Shown here: positions 59,089 to 64,000 of the stretch, piece by piece | How positions within the stretch are numbered: position 1 is the stretch's first letter | Layout of the letters: each line of letters starts with the position of its first letter | From: Bacillota bacterium | GTDB lineage: Bacteria; Bacillota; Sulfobacillia; JAMCWA01 | Assembly: GCA_023475165.1 (NCBI GenBank) | Contig: JAMCWA010000088.1 | Coordinates: 130,298-194,297, forward strand | Length of the DNA stretch: 64,000 nt | Direction: 5' to 3' | Translations under genes and position numbers: made by a program | The notes under the pieces: generated by a model | Told to the model about the DNA's origin: nothing | The model's input: the letters and a program-made list of their open reading frames with translations, nothing else | Databases searched by the model: none

Positions 59089-59242
59089 AGGTACTTCACT
59101 CCTCCATAAATTGATGGAAAGATAGGCTGCTCCGGGTCGGGAGGCGGCCCGGTGGGAGGCCCGGCAAAGTCTGCCGGCGTCTTGGCTACCATAGCTTTTC
59201 AGCCATCTCCTCCTCACTCCGAACATGACTCGCAACAAATAC

Positions 59243-59271
59243 AAAAACGTCCGAGCGTATCCACCCGGACG
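59243..59271 (-). terminator. Riboswitch expression-platform terminator
   Basis: CGTCCGGG-TGGATACG-CTCGGACG-TTTTT on the minus strand. Confidence 0.75.
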
Positions 59272-59305
59272 CACCTATCCTGGGATACCCCCTCTCTCCC
59301 TCATT

Positions 59306-59487
59306 GTGAGATAGCGCTCCACTGGTAACCAAGGGAAGAGCCACCAGTGACAGTCCGGCAACTCTTCGTTGCCGGCCCAGCCTGATCACCTGGGCGGTTA
59401 TCAGACTTCGGCGGAGATCCCTTTCCTCGCCCTTCCTGGCTGCCTTGCTCCAGGCGGTACTCTTGATCCTCCGCGCCTCTACCTCAC
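59306..59487 (-). ncRNA. Lysine riboswitch (L-box)
   Basis: GTGAGGTAGAGGCGCG..AAGAGTA..GAAAGG..GCCGAAG..GACTGTCA..TGGAGCGCTATCTCAC with closing P1, upstream of lysA. Confidence 0.93.
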
Positions 59488-59590
59488 CTCTTGGAGAGAT
59501 GAGGTAATCAGTATTAAATTGACACCGTGCAAGTCAAACCTTGGAACTACTCTAATTTTAACATGTCCACTCTCGGGGCGCAATCATTTT

Positions 59591-61057
59591 TTATTTTAGT
59601 CCGGCCTTGCGCAGCCGATATTGCAGAGTCTGACGCGGTAACCCGAGCCGACGCGCCGCCTCCGAAAGATTCCCCCCGCTTTCGGCCAGGGCCTCACGAA
59701 GAAACTCCCCCTCTAACTTCCTGATGGCCTCGCGAATGGGTTCCCTGGTCCCGCCAGGGGTGATCGGGGAGGGGTGGCCAACCAAGGAGGTACTCCCGCT
59801 TTCCCTATACTCATCGACGCCCGGCGCGTAATTCCTGATCCTCTCCGGAAGGTGCCCAACCTCAAGAAGGTCACCATCCATCAGACTCAAGGCCCCTTCC
59901 AGGGTGTGCTTCAGTTCTCTGACGTTCCCTGGCCAGGGATAGAGAGAAAACTTGTGGAAAACCTCCGGGGAGATAGTCGGCAGGCGGTGTCCCCCTTTCC
60001 TTTCGAACTCCCGGGCAAAATGCTCGACCAACAGCGTAATATCCTCCCGCCTCTCTCTTAAAGGGGGCAATCGGATTGACAGGACGTTTAAACGATAAAA
60101 GAGGTCTTCCCGCAGGAGTGCCCGTCCCAGGGCCTCTTCCGGGGTGAGATTGGTGGCGGCGATGACCCTGACATGCACCGAACGTTCCCGAGTCGCCCCC
60201 AAACGACGAATGCGCCCCTCCTCCAACCCACGAAGGAGTTTGGCCTGCAGATCCAGTTGCATGGAGGTGATTTCATCCAAGAAAAGAGTCCCACCGTCCG
60301 CCAGCTCAAAGAGTCCTGGTCTGGCTTCCGAACCGGTAAAGCTACCCTTCACCGTACCAAAGAGAATGGAATCCAGGAGGGTGGCGGGCAGGGCGGCACA
60401 GTTTTGGGCAATGAAAGGGCCCTCTCGCCGCTGGCTGGCCTGGTGGATAGACTGCGCCACGATCTCCTTGCCCGTCCCGGTTTCACCACTGACGAAGACG
60501 GGGGCCTCGTGCTCGGCGGCCCGCAGGATGAACCTCCTCACCTCGGCGATGGCTCGGCTCTCTCCCTTCAGATCGCTGAGCTGATACCTGGTGGGGGGGA
60601 CCCTGCTCCGTCCCCCGGCCGCATCCCGGAGCCTGGCCTCCAAGTCATTAACTCGCTCGGCCAGGCGCTTGATGTGGGTGATGTCTTTGGAGACCTCTAC
60701 GGCGCCGATGAGACGACCGCCAGAATGAATGGGCAGGGTGGTATTGATGGTGGTAATCTGTTTGCCGCGAAAATTGGTATAGGTCTGCTGCTGGTCCACA
60801 ATCGGTTGGCCAGTGTCCAGAACCCGCAGAAGGGTGCTGGTTTCCCGAGAAAGAGAAGGGAAAACCTGGAGCAGGTCTTGCCCCAAGATCTCGTCTTGCT
60901 CTACGCCTTCCAGTCGTGCGGCGGCTTGATTATAAAAGACGGTGATTCCCCGGAGATCGACGGCGTGAATTCCTTCCTCGACCGACTCCAGGATAGCCTT
61001 CAGGAAGGGCTCTGCCTCCTGACCTCCCCAACGGTTCTCTCCCCCAAGAGCAACCAT
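59591..61057 (-). CDS. PAS-domain sigma-54-interacting transcriptional regulator (RocR-like)
   Basis: PAS domain, GETGTGKE, NCAALP, GSFTGS, FLDEI, WPGNVREL, Fis-type HTH. Confidence 0.9.
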   Translation of the reverse strand: MVALGGENRWGGQEAEPFLKAILESVEEGIHAVDLRGITVFYNQAAARLEGVEQDEILGQDLLQVFPSLSRETSTLLRVLDTGQPIVDQQQTYTNFRGKQITTINTTLPIHSGGRLIGAVEVSKDITHIKRLAERVNDLEARLRDAAGGRSRVPPTRYQLSDLKGESRAIAEVRRFILRAAEHEAPVFVSGETGTGKEIVAQSIHQASQRREGPFIAQNCAALPATLLDSILFGTVKGSFTGSEARPGLFELADGGTLFLDEITSMQLDLQAKLLRGLEEGRIRRLGATRERSVHVRVIAATNLTPEEALGRALLREDLFYRLNVLSIRLPPLRERREDITLLVEHFAREFERKGGHRLPTISPEVFHKFSLYPWPGNVRELKHTLEGALSLMDGDLLEVGHLPERIRNYAPGVDEYRESGSTSLVGHPSPITPGGTREPIREAIRKLEGEFLREALAESGGNLSEAARRLGLPRQTLQYRLRKAGLK

Positions 61058-61172
61058 AACGGGCACCCCCCGGGTAAGATTATAGCACAGCCGGAACTTC
61101 TCTCCATCCCCCCGACCGTCCTGCACCCGGGCTCGATTTAGCCGAAAGATTCTTGCCGCGCTGCGGCCCTTC

Positions 61173-62171
61173 TCAATCCCCCCCGGCGGCCCGATCTTCC
61201 CTGGGTTCCACGTAGTCCCACTTGCCGCAACGGCTTCCCCACCGCGCCACCAAAGTCTTTTCCATTGAGATCTCCACGATTTCACAGTTATTGGCGCAGT
61301 CGTGACACTCAAAGGTCCGGGTGGAGAAATCGAGGTCGGCCACCCCGAAGCCCCGGAAATTGGTGGTCTTTGTCTTCAGCGCCGCTTCCATAGCCAGGAG
61401 AGCCGCCCCCACCGCCCCCATGACCCGGTGCTGCTCCGGGATCGTGACCTCAAATCCCAAGGCCTCCTCAAAGGCGCGCTTCATCCCGACATTGGAAGCC
61501 ACACCCCCCTGAAAAAGTACAGGGGGCCGGATGTCTTTCCCCTTGGCCACGTTATTTAAGAAGTTGCGCACCAGGGCCTGGCAAAGGCCCCGGACGATAT
61601 CTTTGGTCTCATGTCCCATTTGCTGTTTATGGATCATGTCTGACTCAGCAAAGACGGCACAACGGCCAGCGATGCGGACCGGATTCCTGGATTCCAAGGC
61701 CAAGGCACCAAAAGACTCGATGGGGATGTTGAGCCGGGCGGCCTGTCGATCCAAAAAGGAACCAGTCCCAGCGGCGCAGACGGTGTTCATGGCGAAGTCC
61801 ACCACAACCCCGTCGTTCAAGAGGATGATCTTGGAGTCCTGGCCACCGATTTCTAGAATGGTCTGTACTGCAGGGACCAGTTCCAGAGCGGCGACGGCGT
61901 GGGCGGTGATTTCATTTTTCACACTGTCGGCCCCCACCAGGACACCGGCCAGTTGACGACCACTCCCCGTAGTCCCGACCCCGGAGACCCTAACCCCTTC
62001 GGGCAGTTCCGCCCGAATCCGGCGGAGCCCCTCCCGGATCATCTTAACCGGTTGACCCATGGTCATCATGTAGGTGGAGGTGACGACCCGCTTTTGGCGG
62101 TCGATGGCGGTCATCTTGGTGCTGACGGAGCCGACATCAATTCCCAGAAAGACTTCCAAATCTACTTTCAC
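61173..62171 (-). CDS. 2-hydroxyacyl-CoA dehydratase activator (CoA-substrate-specific activase, ASKHA/FeS)
   Basis: GIDVGSVSTK, TTGSGR, EIGGQDSK, MNTVCAAGTG, RCAVFAES. Confidence 0.9.
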   Translation of the reverse strand: MKVDLEVFLGIDVGSVSTKMTAIDRQKRVVTSTYMMTMGQPVKMIREGLRRIRAELPEGVRVSGVGTTGSGRQLAGVLVGADSVKNEITAHAVAALELVPAVQTILEIGGQDSKIILLNDGVVVDFAMNTVCAAGTGSFLDRQAARLNIPIESFGALALESRNPVRIAGRCAVFAESDMIHKQQMGHETKDIVRGLCQALVRNFLNNVAKGKDIRPPVLFQGGVASNVGMKRAFEEALGFEVTIPEQHRVMGAVGAALLAMEAALKTKTTNFRGFGVADLDFSTRTFECHDCANNCEIVEISMEKTLVARWGSRCGKWDYVEPREDRAAGGD

Positions 62172-62186
62172 CCCCTCTTACTTTCA

Positions 62187-62253
62187 GGGCGACGCCCGGG
62201 CGATTGGTCGTCCTCGCTTGCGGTGCCCGCCGGCAATCGCCCGACCGTCACCA
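62187..62253 (-). repeat. Family C hairpin repeat (short form)
   Basis: Same arms as 13060-13170 with a shorter interior. Confidence 0.7.
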
Positions 62254-62303
62254 GGCTACGGCTTTTTCATCCACTGGCGGCGTTAACTCAGGCAGTATGA
62301 AGA

Positions 62304-63404
62304 TCATTCTTCTTGGGCCAGGGCGGTTCTCCGCCGTTCCAGAAGGTCGACAAAAGCTTCCAGGCGGGTACGGATACCGGCCTCGCCGGATTGCTCGTCC
62401 AGGATCAGGGTCAAGACCGGGATGTTCTTCTCCTGACTTACGCGGGGGAGAATGCTCTGAGCCACAATTTCCGGCATACAGGTGAATGGCATCAATTGAA
62501 TGACTCCGTCGAAGCCTTGCTGTGCATAAAGGACGGTATTCCCAACGCTATCCAGGCCGTCGCCACCAACAAAGTGCCGCAGGTAAGGTGCGGCTGCCTC
62601 GGCGACGCGGCTTTCCTTCTTCTTCTTCCAACGCAGGGCATCGAGAAAGAGGTGGGTCTTGATCCAGTCGCTGAGATAAAGGGAACGTTCCACCTCGGCT
62701 CCCAGTTCCCCCAGAGCCTCTTCCAGATGCAGATTGGCAAATGGCTCCAGGAGCATGAAGATCTCCCCCACCAGACCGATGCGCACGGGGCTAACGCCCG
62801 ACTTTCGGGGTATATTGTTGAGGATTTCCTCTCCCCTGGCCAGGGCCGACCTGGTCTCCTGGATATCCCCGGCCTGGTCGATGAGAGCCAAGGCCTGACG
62901 GTAGGCGGCCGTGGTGGAACCACGCCGTCCTTCCCGCGGCCGTACCCGATGACTCAGGCGTTCGACCTCATCGACCGCCAAAAACTTCTCCCAACCCAGC
63001 TGTAAGGCTGCCCAGACCTGCCGCAAGGATCTCTTACCGGTCAAACGGCGGATTTTCTCCAGGAGCTCACCCAAGTGCCCGCGCGGCGGCTCCAGGACCA
63101 CCATCTCCAGTTCATAGCCCAGATCACGCAGGATCTCCCGCTGGACCTCGGCATAATAGCCAAAGCGGCAGGGGCCGATCCCCCCCGCCATGATCACGGT
63201 ATCGGCCCCCCGGTGGTGGGCCTCGATGAAGTCGCCCAAGTTGACCTTCAGGGGGAAGCAGGCAAACTCCGGGGAGTGTTTGACCCCGAAATTCAGGCTG
63301 TTCTTGCTGGGCAGAGGCGGTACTACCACCTCCAACCCCAATTCCTGCAAGATGGCCCGCACCGGGATATAGAGGTTACCCATATGGGGAAAGGTTACCT
63401 TCAA
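62304..63404 (-). CDS. Acyl-CoA dehydratase activase-related protein
   Basis: FPHMGN, SPEFACFP, GPCRFGYY, VGEIF, PFTCMPE, DEQSGEAGIRTRLEAFVD. Confidence 0.8.
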   Translation of the reverse strand: MKVTFPHMGNLYIPVRAILQELGLEVVVPPLPSKNSLNFGVKHSPEFACFPLKVNLGDFIEAHHRGADTVIMAGGIGPCRFGYYAEVQREILRDLGYELEMVVLEPPRGHLGELLEKIRRLTGKRSLRQVWAALQLGWEKFLAVDEVERLSHRVRPREGRRGSTTAAYRQALALIDQAGDIQETRSALARGEEILNNIPRKSGVSPVRIGLVGEIFMLLEPFANLHLEEALGELGAEVERSLYLSDWIKTHLFLDALRWKKKKESRVAEAAAPYLRHFVGGDGLDSVGNTVLYAQQGFDGVIQLMPFTCMPEIVAQSILPRVSQEKNIPVLTLILDEQSGEAGIRTRLEAFVDLLERRRTALAQEE

Positions 63405-63480
63405 GCTAATCCAACCCCTACTATGAAGAACTCCGGTTTCCGCCAGCTTACTGGGTCTGGGTCGACATAATCGAATCTCC

Positions 63481-64000
63481 TCAATGACCTGCCCCGCCAT
63501 ATCCGGCCCGGGCCTTCCGACGAGCGATCATATCGATGAAGGCCTCCAGACGGGTAGCCAGTCCGGCTTCGCCGGTGTGCTCGTCTACTGTCAACAGCAT
63601 AAAGGGCCGCCGTCCCTTCCTGACCTTCCTTTCGACAATTTCTCCGACCATGGAATCTGGGCCACAGCCAAAGGAGGCCACATTGATAATACCATCGACG
63701 CCCCCCTTGTCCAAAAGATGGAGGGCCGCCCCCAGGATCCGCTTCTCATAAGTCCAAAAGAGGGGTTTTTGCAGATGAGCCAGGCCTCCTTTTATGTCCT
63801 GAGCTGGGATCTGCTCTGGGGTGATGACTCTGGCCCCCAGCGATCTGAGCTTCCTCAGAAGATTCAGGCTGATTTGTGCGTCGTAAAGGATATAGGGATG
63901 CCCCAAAACGGCCACCGTTAGATCGAGGGATGGCCCGCCAGTGGATTTACCCCTGCCCTCCAGGATTTCAATGGCCTCGTATAAGGTGGCCCCCCGGGCT
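63481..64000 (-). CDS. Acyl-CoA dehydratase activase-related (DUF2229-like) protein, 5' end beyond the window
   Basis: LGHPY, FGCGPDS, DEHTGEAGLATRLEAFID; frame stays open to the window edge. Confidence 0.8.
   Translation of the reverse strand, partial: ARGATLYEAIEILEGRGKSTGGPSLDLTVAVLGHPYILYDAQISLNLLRKLRSLGARVITPEQIPAQDIKGGLAHLQKPLFWTYEKRILGAALHLLDKGGVDGIINVASFGCGPDSMVGEIVERKVRKGRRPFMLLTVDEHTGEAGLATRLEAFIDMIARRKARAGYGGAGH

Noticed and set aside
59100-59206. Amber (pyrrolysine) read-through of the MAEKLW mini-ORF
   Set aside because: Read-through gives a short nondescript peptide that ends at TGA before the lysA start. No pyl genes are in the window.
60330-60350. GSFTGS instead of GAFTGA as evidence of sigma-54 independence
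   Set aside because: The F and T are retained and GSFTG variants occur in RocR-like activators, so this alone is not enough.

Overview
This is a GC-rich chromosomal segment from a spore-forming Bacillota bacterium; finer taxonomy cannot be assigned from the sequence alone. Most genes lie on the minus strand and follow conserved Firmicutes order: CoA-activase/dehydratase genes, a PAS/sigma-54 regulator, lysine riboswitch-lysA, trpS, scpAB, ytfIJ, a DD-carboxypeptidase, a split NHEJ locus (Ku/ligase/polymerase), murC, rimP-nusA-ylxR-L7Ae-infB-rbfA-nrnA-truB-ribF-rpsO-pnp, M16 peptidase, dut, spoVFAB-dapG-dapA, rnj, ftsK, hppA and two D-aminoacylase-like genes. Three things stand out. (1) A ~6 kb gas vesicle cluster sits behind tepA-ylzJ in an apparently inverted block. 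One GvpL/F protein carries an N-terminal domain resembling the archaeal ribosomal stalk protein P1, and one GvpJ-like protein carries a zinc ribbon. (2) Modular, CTAG-flanked MITE-like repeats are dense, and one family holds 0, 1 or 3 tandem ~55-bp hairpin cassettes with covarying stems at one fixed internal site. (3) An intact nitrilase-family enzyme is paired with a paralogue lacking the whole catalytic triad. pnp also has a pair of compensating indels that scramble a conserved motif, possibly an assembly artefact. No transposase, rRNA, tRNA or true CRISPR array was recognised. Start codons were adjusted by eye, and family calls come from recalled motifs, not database searches.
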